Below are positions 1 to 8,852 of a stretch of DNA of 64,000 bases, one piece after another; position 1 is the stretch's first letter; the number at the start of each line of letters is the position of its first letter. Made by a program: the position numbers and the translations under genes. The notes under the pieces are model-generated. The model did no database searches, was not told the origin of the DNA, and worked only from the letters and a program-made list of their open reading frames with translations. Source of the stretch: a virus; IMG/VR virus record IMGVR_UViG_3300045988_084999, one strand, 5' to 3'.

Positions 1-548
1 AGAGCAGACATATCGTCGCAACTAGTCTTGACATAAGGCTCAATTAACTTGCGGCGATAAAAAGCGGTAGTGGCAGAAGTCGAGGGGAGCCAGTTATTAG
101 CGCTCCACTGATCTTCGATAAATTGCGGAAGCCACGCAAAATTTTGATGATTAGAAAAAATTACATGATCTGGAATCCCGACGGGAAGAAGCGTACCCTC
201 TGGAACTCCCATGATAGAAATAGGTAAATAACCAAGTTTATGCAATTCTTTAAACTTGGTAAAATCCGCATAATCAGGATGGAAAGTATTTTTAATTACA
301 TGATTCCACTCCTGTTCAAGAAGCTCAACTGGCTGATCAAAGAACTCTGTCTGCCAAAATTCAAGCAGTTTCTGGATGGTATATTGATGACCAAAGACCA
401 CTGTCTTAGGGCAATTTGGATGGTGCTTATAACTGCGAGCTGTCCAAGTAGAATAAACCATAGAGGCAGACTTCGGCTGCATCTTAATAGCATGACCAAC
501 TTTGTAGTAGTCAGCGGCAAACATTGGAGCTACATCAAAGAAACTCAT
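1..548 (-). CDS. Partial nicotinamide/nicotinate phosphoribosyltransferase-family protein (NAMPT/NadV- or Namat-like). N-terminus only; the gene runs off the window start.
   Basis: Reverse-strand reading from ATG at 546-548 (MSFFDVAPMFAADYYKVGHAIKMQPK...HQNFAWLPQFIED...) is open to position 1. It is absent from the ORF track because it is incomplete. AAGGAAAGGAAG RBS upstream. The DYYK..H N-terminal motif resembles the DSYK..H motif of the NAPRTase/NAMPT family. Confidence 0.45.
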   Translation of the reverse strand, partial: MSFFDVAPMFAADYYKVGHAIKMQPKSASMVYSTWTARSYKHHPNCPKTVVFGHQYTIQKLLEFWQTEFFDQPVELLEQEWNHVIKNTFHPDYADFTKFKELHKLGYLPISIMGVPEGTLLPVGIPDHVIFSNHQNFAWLPQFIEDQWSANNWLPSTSATTAFYRRKLIEPYVKTSCDDMSA

Positions 549-605
549 AAAATCTTCCTTTCCTTATTTCTTAAATATATTATATCATATATTTTTATAA
601 AAATA

Positions 606-631
606 AAAAGCCCTCTTTATGAGGGCTTTTA
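606..631. terminator. Rho-independent terminator hairpin (AAAAAGCCCTCtttatGAGGGCTTTT)
   Basis: Perfect 9-bp GC-containing stem flanked by A and T runs, lying between two minus-strand genes. Confidence 0.5.
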
Positions 632-787
632 TCAACTTTGAAGCAAGCTAAGCAACGCTTCAATTCCTACATATTCTGGCGCAATCGCACAAGTAATAAG
701 CGGAACACTAACCATTACGCCGACTACTAATACAAACAATAATATAAATAGCAGTAAATGCCATCTACTATAATCTGCTTCCATCAT
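632..787 (-). CDS. Small hydrophobic protein (51 aa, single TM predicted by eye)
   Basis: MMEADYSRWHLLLFILLFVLVVGVMVSVPLITCAIAPEYVGIEALLSLLQS read from the reverse strand. Below the 60-aa cutoff of the ORF track. Confidence 0.3.
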   Translation of the reverse strand: MMEADYSRWHLLLFILLFVLVVGVMVSVPLITCAIAPEYVGIEALLSLLQS

Positions 788-996
788 TATATATAACACA
801 AACCACACTATACCAATAAGTAAGAGGCCAGCAAAAACTCCTATAAAGAGAGTTGAAGTCAGGTCTTTAACGGTTACATATCAACCATATTTAGCCAACC
901 ACATGGGAGCGTTTTCCATAATAGTTTGAGTTGTTACTCCAAAAAATTCTGCGAGCGACTGAAGAATAGACGCGAGAGTCTGCTCTAAAGATAGAT

Positions 997-1446
997 TCAC
1001 TTTAACAACCCTCCAACAACAGCACTTACAATCTTCATATCTACCTTACCTTTAAGCTCCATAGAAACAGATTTCATAAGCGTACCACGATTTGCTTTGA
1101 GGAGATCAATACCTGCGGTTCCCGCAATCTCTCTTACTTTTGTTTCAATTTCTGCCTTATCAGTAATAAGCTGAGGGGCGCACATCTTTACGACCTTCAT
1201 ATCCTCTTGATACTGATGTAATTTTTCAGGATAACTAGCAGGACAGGTATCAATCATTTCTTGTACTGTCTTTTGGTATTTGATAAGGGTTTCATCAACT
1301 AGCTGCTCAGTTAATTCAACTCTTCCTTTTGGAGTAATGGCTGCTTTCTGACACGCATCAATCATATCAGAAAGCACCCTCTTTGTATTCATATCTCCAT
1401 TTTTAAGAGCCATAATCTTTAACTCTTGAAGTTTCTCAATCGTCAT
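997..1446 (-). CDS. GatB/YqeY-domain protein
   Basis: 149 aa. Overall similarity to the YqeY/GatB C-terminal domain family (…KRVLSDMIDACQKAAITPKG…). Start overlaps the stop of the upstream gene by 4 nt (operon). Confidence 0.5.
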   Translation of the reverse strand: MTIEKLQELKIMALKNGDMNTKRVLSDMIDACQKAAITPKGRVELTEQLVDETLIKYQKTVQEMIDTCPASYPEKLHQYQEDMKVVKMCAPQLITDKAEIETKVREIAGTAGIDLLKANRGTLMKSVSMELKGKVDMKIVSAVVGGLLK

Positions 1447-2255
1447 CTTACAATCTCTACCTTTCCTCTAATATCCCACTCTGGCTTGAAGATGCTATCA
1501 GAAGTGAAGATTTTCTTCACAATATCTTGATTATACATATCACCCTCAATCATGGTATGTTCTGCATGGGTCACATACAGATAAACATTCTTTGCGCCAG
1601 CTTCTTTGAGGGCATTTGCTGCATGATAAAAAGTTCCACCACGAGAGCAAATATCGTCTACAATTAAGACATTTCTCTCTTTAACAATTTCCTCATTCAT
1701 TAATTGCAAACCAAGAATTTTTCCAGTAGACCAATCTCTTTTCTTAATTCCAAAAGCATAAGGAAGACTAATGGGTGGAGCAGAATATCTCTTCATCGCT
1801 CCTTCATCTGGGAAAAATAGGATAGGAATTTCTCCTTCATATTCCTCAGTTCTCTTAATAGCCTCTTTGATTTCTCCAATTGGACTAAGATCAATAACTC
1901 TATCAAGTAGAGCTAACGATACATTAGAATGAGCATCACGCACAATAACTTTATCAAAATGAAGGCTATTAATTACTTGACAGAAGTATTTTAGAGTAAA
2001 TACATCTTCAAGTTCTTGAACTCGATCCATCCTTGCATGAGGAATATATAGCATATCTAGGTTTACAGGGAAATCTTCGAAATGTCCCTTAACACAAATG
2101 AGAGTAAATAATTCTGCATCATTCTCGTACTCCCAAACAATCGTATCATAATCGAAGTAGTTGGGAGGCATGTTAATATGCAGCGTACCATCTGGAAAAT
2201 GATTTTGTTCAATTACGTCTGTCCAATGACTGCGTGTATTAATTAGACTAATCAT
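1443..2255 (-). CDS. Ribose-phosphate pyrophosphokinase (PRPP synthetase)-family protein; possibly an ADP-ribose pyrophosphokinase (Adps-like)
   Basis: 270 aa. PRPP-binding phosphoribosyltransferase motif NVLIVDDICSRGGT. Sits in an operon with the PncA-like and NAMPT-like genes. Confidence 0.65.
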   Translation of the reverse strand: MISLINTRSHWTDVIEQNHFPDGTLHINMPPNYFDYDTIVWEYENDAELFTLICVKGHFEDFPVNLDMLYIPHARMDRVQELEDVFTLKYFCQVINSLHFDKVIVRDAHSNVSLALLDRVIDLSPIGEIKEAIKRTEEYEGEIPILFFPDEGAMKRYSAPPISLPYAFGIKKRDWSTGKILGLQLMNEEIVKERNVLIVDDICSRGGTFYHAANALKEAGAKNVYLYVTHAEHTMIEGDMYNQDIVKKIFTSDSIFKPEWDIRGKVEIVR

Positions 2256-2258
2256 TTT

Positions 2259-2831
2259 TTAATCCTCCACATCAATCTGCTGGGCTTTGAAAATAGTTAG
2301 CGCTGCTTCATGCGATTCTGGAGTTACTCCTGCACACGCACTAGAATGGACGATAATTCTAGTATTTGGCATCGCCGCACGAAGCATAACTGCATTAGCC
2401 ATAACGCAAATATCGGTACAAAATCCACAGATATGAATTTCTACTTCCTCGGGATTCTTCATTTTTAGAGAATCGTATACTTCATTGACCATATCAGTAC
2501 TGCCGAAGGTATCTTTTTCATAATAGTTAAATTTGTTATTCAACGCAACCATAATTCTGGAATCCATACACCAGCCCACACTTGCTTTGATACAATGTTT
2601 AATGGGAAGTCTTTTTCCTTCCAAAGTATCAAAGTAATCATTATCATGGGTATCCATGGTACAAATAACTTCCTCCCAACAGAATCGTTTAATTAGATTA
2701 ACGATATTAGGAACCGCGGCATCCGCTGTCTTAGATCCCAAAGAACCAGTAATAAAATCATTCTGCGCATCTACAATCACAAGAAGTCTATACATATCAT
2801 AATTCCTTTCTTTTATATAAATATTATACAA
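2259..2831 (-). CDS. Isochorismatase-family hydrolase, nicotinamidase (PncA)-like
   Basis: 190 aa. LLVIVDAQNDF motif with catalytic Cys context (ICGFCTDICV) typical of nicotinamidase/isochorismatase. Confidence 0.65.
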   Translation of the reverse strand: MYNIYIKERNYDMYRLLVIVDAQNDFITGSLGSKTADAAVPNIVNLIKRFCWEEVICTMDTHDNDYFDTLEGKRLPIKHCIKASVGWCMDSRIMVALNNKFNYYEKDTFGSTDMVNEVYDSLKMKNPEEVEIHICGFCTDICVMANAVMLRAAMPNTRIIVHSSACAGVTPESHEAALTIFKAQQIDVED

Positions 2832-3042
2832 TATTTTATTATAAAATTAAAGGAGAGAATATACTCTCCTTTAATTTAAAGTTTAATTGGTTATAGAATT
2901 GCGTTTATTAGTACACAAAGAAATGTAGCTCCAATGCCAGTATAATACCCAAGATAAAACTCTTCATCAACTGGGCCAAAAATAGTTTGAACCGTATAAT
3001 AAACAAAGAGCATACCTACCGCTCCCAAAATAATTCCTAACA

Positions 3043-4314
3043 TTAGATCTCTTCCTCCTGAGCCTCTTCCATGTCAGGTACATTCTCACTTTCTTTAATA
3101 ATTCCCTCGATGACTTTAAACTCATAAGTCTTAGACTTAAAAGCTGTGAAAGCACGACGATTTACAATTCGGACAACGACGCCCTCTTTTACATGGGTGC
3201 GGCCGATCGGATCAGTGAGATCTTCGAAGTATTTGTTAATGCGCTCCTGCAAATCCTCTATGGTAGTAAATTCAAAATCCTCAATCACAGGAACTCGATT
3301 AAAGCCATGAGCATTACACCATTCAGTAATCTCGTCAGGAGTCCACTCTCTTTCTCCATTTTCAGAGGTAATACGATAAATATACATCTTGCTCTGACCA
3401 GGCTCACATCCATAAGAGAAAATAGAACGCTTACCAAACTGCTTTACAAAAGCCTTATCATTGACTTTGGTATTATCTCCGATAGGCATAATGGTGTTCT
3501 CTTCATTAGGGCCGTAATAACCCACTACTTCGTAGAAAACTTCCATTCCGGGCTCAAGATAAGGTTTCAATGCTTCATGATGTGGCATACGAAACTGGTC
3601 ATTTCCATAAAATCCCTGAGAGTTCTCTGTGACTACACAACGACGAGTTCCAAGAACATAAGCCTGCTTAGTGCGCTTTTTCATATGGAAGAGGCGACGG
3701 AAGAAACCATTAGGAAGCTAAGCATAAGTATTCATAGAGCGCTGAGAAGTTCCGTGCATTTTAAGGGTCATATTGAGAATATCTCCGGAGCGGAACTTAT
3801 CAAGATTATATGCCAATTGTTCAGTATCAGTATGCATAGAGAACTCAGGATATGTAATTCCCTCAGCCTTACGACCTTTATAAGAAGTCTTAACCTGACC
3901 AGTGGGAGTCTTGCGCTTAGGAATGTATTTACGGCAAAATTCTTTGTCGTTGATAGTGTTTACCTTATCTCCATCTTTCCAGTTCTGATTTCCGAATTTT
4001 TCATAAACTTTATCAAGAGCAATTACAACACCAGAACTCTGATTGCCGCGAAGCTTAATAGCCCTGATATGTCCATTATTTTCGATGTAGCCACCCTGAG
4101 GAGTTCCATCCTCGTTCTTGCGGAAGAGGCAAAATTCATTCCCGAACCATCTCTCAATCTCGCCATCAGTAGGAAGATAAAGAACCAACTGACCGGTTTG
4201 CATATCAGGGCCGACAATTACGCCCTCATTGAAACAATCTGCAAGATAAAGGCGGTCACTATTCTCGTCCTTCCGCACATTCTGCAACTTAGTTACAAGA
4301 CCAAAATATGCCAT
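3043..4314 (-). CDS. Putative RNA ligase / nucleotidyltransferase (Rnl1-like). One gene containing an in-frame TAG at 3718-3720.
   Basis: ORF-track fragments 3718..4314 and 3043..3684 are in the same frame and separated only by a TAG (…SMNTYA-TAG-LPNGFFRRLFHMKKRTKQ…). An LKMHGTS motif resembles motif I (KxDG) of T4 Rnl1 (TKEDGSL). Confidence 0.4.
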
Positions 4315-4333
4315 TCTATATCATTCTCCTTTC

Positions 4334-4672
4334 TTACCATTTATCATATCTGTCATGATCAGGGTCTTCTTCAATAGTAGTCACCAAATAGGAAAGCCAA
4401 CCTTCAATTTCCTCTTGATACATACCAGAAATTTCATCTTCATCTTCTTGGGTCAGTTCATCCTCAGCCAGTCCATTTTCTTCACAATACTGCTCTCGAA
4501 TGTCTTCCTCAGACAAAATCCCATGCAGTCCCTCATAAGATTGGTACTCTTCAATCGCTAGCTCTCGAGCAGCTTCCTCGGCGTCTTCTCTGGAGTCATA
4601 ATCTTCTGTGCAATGATATTGATACCCATCAAATCCTCCGCTCAGGCCTGCGTATAAATTATATTTAGCCAT
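4334..4672 (-). CDS. Highly acidic hypothetical protein (possible DNA-mimic type)
   Basis: 112 aa, very D/E rich. No recognisable domain. Confidence 0.35.
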   Translation of the reverse strand: MAKYNLYAGLSGGFDGYQYHCTEDYDSREDAEEAARELAIEEYQSYEGLHGILSEEDIREQYCEENGLAEDELTQEDEDEISGMYQEEIEGWLSYLVTTIEEDPDHDRYDKW

Positions 4673-5489
4673 TTACTCTCCTCCAACCCATTCCATAGTA
4701 GTGGTTACCACCCTTGATAGCTTTCTCGATGTTTTTTATCGTATTTTCAAGATTGAAATGCTCATAGGTGTCAGACTCGCATTTATTCTCTTTAAGCCAC
4801 AGTGCAGCAGCTTCAACACTAGTAAAAGTATTTGTAGCTCGCTTTTTAGAATTAACAATGCAAATAGTTCCAGCAGGATAACCAGCCTTATTCCATTTAG
4901 GAGTAAAAACACTTTCTTTATTAGTTGCTTTCCTCTTCCAATCAGCAAACATTTCATCAAGTGTCTCTCTTGATGTGTTACTCATAAAATCATATACTTC
5001 CTTTAATAGAACTGCATCATCTAAGGAGTTGTGATTTTGTTCAGCAGAAGAATTAAATCTTCTGAGGGTATTCAAAAGACTGTGATTACATTCCCATTTC
5101 AGCTCTTTTTTGCACATCTTGGCATAATCTCGATAATTGCCACAAATATATCCCAACGCCATTTTTGCTTTAAGCGCAGTTGCATGACGAGAAGTATGTC
5201 GAATAAAATCTCCATCAGAATTTCCCCATACAAGAAATTCTGGTGCATCATCTAGATTTTCAAACAACCAATCATAGAACTTAGAGAATACGGCATCGGC
5301 AGACATAGCACTATCAATCATCTCTGCTGTGATACCAGTAAGATTAGTAATGAAAGGAGTAATTTTACCTTTCTTTGGGGCTACGAGTGCATAAAAAGTC
5401 TGACCATCCTCTCTAATACATCCGATAGAAATAATTTCTTGCGAAAATTGTGTAGCCTCAAAGTCGATAAAATATTTCATTACTAACAA
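4665..5489 (-). CDS. DEDDh 3'-5' exonuclease (DnaQ-like) with C-terminal extension
   Basis: Exo I motif YFIDFEATQ and exo III motif HNSLDDA. Confidence 0.6.
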   Translation of the reverse strand: MLVMKYFIDFEATQFSQEIISIGCIREDGQTFYALVAPKKGKITPFITNLTGITAEMIDSAMSADAVFSKFYDWLFENLDDAPEFLVWGNSDGDFIRHTSRHATALKAKMALGYICGNYRDYAKMCKKELKWECNHSLLNTLRRFNSSAEQNHNSLDDAVLLKEVYDFMSNTSRETLDEMFADWKRKATNKESVFTPKWNKAGYPAGTICIVNSKKRATNTFTSVEAAALWLKENKCESDTYEHFNLENTIKNIEKAIKGGNHYYGMGWRRVNG

Positions 5490-5742
5490 TCTCCTCTCTT
5501 AATAATTTTGAAACTCCATTGTTACAGGAAGAACTTTGTGTTTCTGCTCAAATTGGTTCCAAATTACCTCTTCTCTTGACACTATTACCTTCATAGGTTG
5601 TGATTAAGAAGCAATTTATTGAACAGTTTGAATAAATTTAATCTCTATGAATGGTCTCGGCGCCTGCATTCTCCATTGTCGAATAATTTGATTATCTAGA
5701 TAGATACTAAAAGTAACATCAAAAATATCTTCATTCATGACA

Positions 5743-6021
5743 TTAATAAACATCATACCCCTGCCTTCTCATTACAGCCAATGATTTATATACCATTTTA
5801 CCCATGCTCTTACTTTTTGCTTTTGTTACATTTCCCATTTCAATTAAATGAGAAAGAATACGAGCCATCTTCTGAGGGCTTAGCCCCGTTAATGTAATTG
5901 ATCTTTGCTGAATTTGTTCAATAGTAAGAGCCTCTTCACTATCAGCAAGAATTACCATTACTTCTCCTTGAAACAAGGCGTTCTGATCTTTTGTATATTT
6001 TGAAGTTCTGCGACCTGGCAT
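5743..6021 (-). CDS. Small putative DNA-binding (winged-helix-like) protein, 92 aa
   Basis: Start moved to the ATG at 6019-6021, which has an AAGGAGG RBS. The ORF-track version (133 aa) reads through the upstream small gene. Confidence 0.35.
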   Translation of the reverse strand: MPGRRTSKYTKDQNALFQGEVMVILADSEEALTIEQIQQRSITLTGLSPQKMARILSHLIEMGNVTKAKSKSMGKMVYKSLAVMRRQGYDVY

Positions 6022-6022
6022 A

Positions 6023-6193
6023 TTACTGTACCTCCTTATAGGAAATAACCCTAATATTTTCAAGTTTTTCAGTATAGGAAGTCCTGCCATTATAGATAAC
6101 TGCAATCTTATTCTTGCGGTCAATGCCAATAATCTTACCATCACGACCGCTAAGAGTCTTCACGATTGTTCCTTCACATACATAAGGCATCAT
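6023..6193 (-). CDS. Small protein (56 aa), KOW-like
   Basis: MMPYVCEGTIVKTLSGRDGKIIGIDRKNKIAVIYNGRTSYTEKLENIRVISYKEVQ. Stop immediately precedes the RBS of the next gene. Confidence 0.3.
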   Translation of the reverse strand: MMPYVCEGTIVKTLSGRDGKIIGIDRKNKIAVIYNGRTSYTEKLENIRVISYKEVQ

Positions 6194-6269
6194 ATAAATT
6201 ACTTCCTTTCTTAACTTTCTATATATATTATATCATATAAAAATAAAAAAATAAAGAAGATGATAATGG

Positions 6270-7028
6270 TTAGTTATCATCTTCTTTAGTCCAACGATTG
6301 TAGATATCTTCTAAGTTTTCTATGTTATAATATAGCATTTGCACGCCGGGTTGAACTACTCTGTCATCATGAAAGTGGCCAAAAAGATATGTATTAAAAG
6401 AAATCATATCTTTAAATTTATCAAGCCAAAGCTCCATAGTATTGTCTACTGTATTTTGATCCAACCCTTGAAGAAATAGGTCAAATGGCTGCCAAGAATA
6501 TGGACAAGTATGAGCAAAAATAAAATCAAAATGTTTGCCCTTAAACCTTTCTGTAATATCAGCCATTTCCTCTGGAGTTAGCTGTTCATCCTTAAACCAT
6601 CCAGTCCACTTGGCATCTTGCGGAAAATGAGATAAACGATACCACTTATCTACACTATACGCACCACCAATTACAAGAGTAGGGTGCATATTAATGAGAT
6701 AAGCATGACCATCCATTAAGTATCTAATGTTAGGGTATTCAGACTCGTAGTAAACTGTACCTTCTACGTTTTCATCATATATCTGATGCATAGTAGGAAT
6801 ATTCTCTGGTCGCTCTTCATGATTTCCTCTTACGCAATAGATAAAATAGCCAGTCTTATTAATTACCTGCTTATTCTTTGCGTCCGTCTTATTGAGATAA
6901 AAATTTATGCCTACATCGCCGAGAATAATAATTGCTGTCTCCTCTGGAACATAACAATTTTCTATATGAAATAATCGTTCCATTACTCTACCGTGGGTAT
7001 CACCAGTAACCAACCAATTCTTAATCAT
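6270..7028 (-). CDS. Calcineurin-like metallophosphoesterase
   Basis: GDTHG, GDVG and GNHE motifs. Confidence 0.65.
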   Translation of the reverse strand: MIKNWLVTGDTHGRVMERLFHIENCYVPEETAIIILGDVGINFYLNKTDAKNKQVINKTGYFIYCVRGNHEERPENIPTMHQIYDENVEGTVYYESEYPNIRYLMDGHAYLINMHPTLVIGGAYSVDKWYRLSHFPQDAKWTGWFKDEQLTPEEMADITERFKGKHFDFIFAHTCPYSWQPFDLFLQGLDQNTVDNTMELWLDKFKDMISFNTYLFGHFHDDRVVQPGVQMLYYNIENLEDIYNRWTKEDDN

Positions 7029-7824
7029 CTTCGCTCAACTCCCTCTCCACGGCAGTTTTCATAATTTCATACTGCACGTCATCAAGAAGTGCATTTACTT
7101 CTGGATCTTCCTTATTAGGGTAGATAGAATAGGCATATTCCGCCATTTCTTCCACATGAGCCTTAGCTTTATCCGCCATAGTTCTGGCTTCCGCAAGTGA
7201 ATATTTTCCCATCTTGATTTCGATTAGCTCTTGTTTCATAGGGCCGGGGTCTAAACAACTTTCATAGCTTTCTCCTGCGATATATCTACTAAGATAATCT
7301 TCTACTCGGACAAGATGGTGAAGCTGTTTAGGATCGTAGCCATACTTCTTTAAAATTTCTACTTTACTAGGATACTCATGTTCCATTGCATGATATTTTT
7401 CAAGAGCAATTCCTTTCATACTTTGAACAGAACGATAAGGATTAAAATGAGTAATTGCCTCTCTTGATTCTAACAAGCGATTCCACTGTTTTTCATAGAT
7501 GGGATTAATAACAGCAAACTCTGTATAAAGAATTTCAAGGAAGTTTAAGTTTTGTTTGCGGAATGTCTGAATATAGAGGCGGATATCTTTCCAGTCAGTA
7601 TGTTCTTCATTAGCTCTCACATGAGTTGTACTAACTGGCTTGCGATTCATAGCAATGTCTTTAAAGCTAGGAACTACAATAAGTTTCGTATCTACATCTG
7701 ATAGTGGAGTATCAAGTCCGTAGTTTTGACTACCCTGTAGAAAGATACCTACAATTTGATCTTTATGAAAGTGAGTAAGAGCTTCGTCAAGATGTTCTTG
7801 CACTCTTTGCATAGTAGATAACAC
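7021..7824 (-). CDS. Minimal nucleotidyltransferase (Pol-beta superfamily)
   Basis: GSQNYGLDTPLSDVDT, i.e. the GS-x10-DxD signature. Confidence 0.55.
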   Translation of the reverse strand: MLSTMQRVQEHLDEALTHFHKDQIVGIFLQGSQNYGLDTPLSDVDTKLIVVPSFKDIAMNRKPVSTTHVRANEEHTDWKDIRLYIQTFRKQNLNFLEILYTEFAVINPIYEKQWNRLLESREAITHFNPYRSVQSMKGIALEKYHAMEHEYPSKVEILKKYGYDPKQLHHLVRVEDYLSRYIAGESYESCLDPGPMKQELIEIKMGKYSLAEARTMADKAKAHVEEMAEYAYSIYPNKEDPEVNALLDDVQYEIMKTAVERELSEDD

Positions 7825-7836
7825 CTTTACTCCTCC

Positions 7837-8253
7837 TTAATTCCAATTATTGAAAATTTTCTTTTGTTCTTTTAAGGCACGTTCAATTTCTCTATCAGCT
7901 TGTTTTTTCAGATATTCTATATCTTTTTGGCAATCTTCTAATATCCAAATTAAAGTATCTCGTCTTCCTTTCCTTTCTTCATTAATCCTAGAAAAGATTC
8001 TATTTAATTGAAAATAGCAGAAAGCCATAAAAGTTAATTTAATTTTGTGATTGCCATAATATAAATGCTTTATATCATCAACCCAACGAACTTCAGTATA
8101 GCTCCATCTTAAAGGATTGACTTTGTATATCTGACGAAAGATTTTTAACTTTAATTTTGTTTCTCCTTGATAGTTAAAGCATAGCCACCAAATAAAAAGA
8201 AAACCAAACCCGCAGATAATTCCAAGCAAGAACAATATTTTTAATAATGTCAT
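7837..8253 (-). CDS. Membrane-anchored hypothetical protein
   Basis: Hydrophobic N-terminal helix (LLKILFLLGIICGFGFLFIWWL). Confidence 0.35.
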   Translation of the reverse strand: MTLLKILFLLGIICGFGFLFIWWLCFNYQGETKLKLKIFRQIYKVNPLRWSYTEVRWVDDIKHLYYGNHKIKLTFMAFCYFQLNRIFSRINEERKGRRDTLIWILEDCQKDIEYLKKQADREIERALKEQKKIFNNWN

Positions 8254-8486
8254 AGAGGCTCCACACCCAATCTCTTTCCATTAGAACTAACAATGATGTG
8301 TTTTCTACAGGCTGGACATCTAACTGTTGAATAGTTGTGATATTCTCCGAAGCATTCTTCACTGTTGGCCATTTCATCTTTTGCAGTAAAACCAATAATA
8401 CTATCACAATTAGGACATCTTACTTTATATTTTTTCATATTATCTTCAATTATCCAAGCCATTATCAATAGCCTCCATTTCTTCAA
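8250..8486 (-). CDS. Zinc-ribbon protein
   Basis: CPNC…CPAC pairs. Confidence 0.35.
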   Translation of the reverse strand: MKKWRLLIMAWIIEDNMKKYKVRCPNCDSIIGFTAKDEMANSEECFGEYHNYSTVRCPACRKHIIVSSNGKRLGVEPL

Positions 8487-8757
8487 TATATCTATCAGGA
8501 ATAGGATGTGCAGTTACAAGAGTTTTTGTTTTTCCTCTCCATATATAAATACATCCTCTATAAATTCTAACCGAACAGTCATTTGTTTGATTTTTCTTAT
8601 TTTGAAGATAAGAAAAGAATTTAGGATACTTCTGAAAATTATTGAGAGTCTTTCCAGAAATGCGGGCTTGCTTAGCTAAACGTTTCGCCTCAGCAAAAGT
8701 GCTAACTCCATTAGTTCTCTCAACAATTCTCTGCTTACTATGCTTCGTAATTACCAT
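8446..8757 (-). CDS. Hypothetical protein (DUF4258-like N-terminus)
   Basis: VITKHSKQRIVERTNG motif. Confidence 0.3.
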   Translation of the reverse strand: MVITKHSKQRIVERTNGVSTFAEAKRLAKQARISGKTLNNFQKYPKFFSYLQNKKNQTNDCSVRIYRGCIYIWRGKTKTLVTAHPIPDRYIEEMEAIDNGLDN

Positions 8758-8852
8758 CTGCCAACTTCCTTTCCTTTATTTTATATATATATTATATCAT
8801 ATAAAAATAAAAAAATAAAGGAGAACGATTAACTCGTTCTCCTTTATTAAGA

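Noticed and set aside
240-641. 133-aa plus-strand ORF at the window start
   Set aside because: It overlaps the partial minus-strand NAMPT-like gene, which has recognisable family motifs. There are no expression signals on the plus strand.
3193-4377. 394-aa plus-strand ORF
   Set aside because: It is antisense to the well-supported minus-strand ligase-like and acidic-protein genes. The product is low-complexity (I/L/S rich), and there is no RBS or promoter in this orientation.
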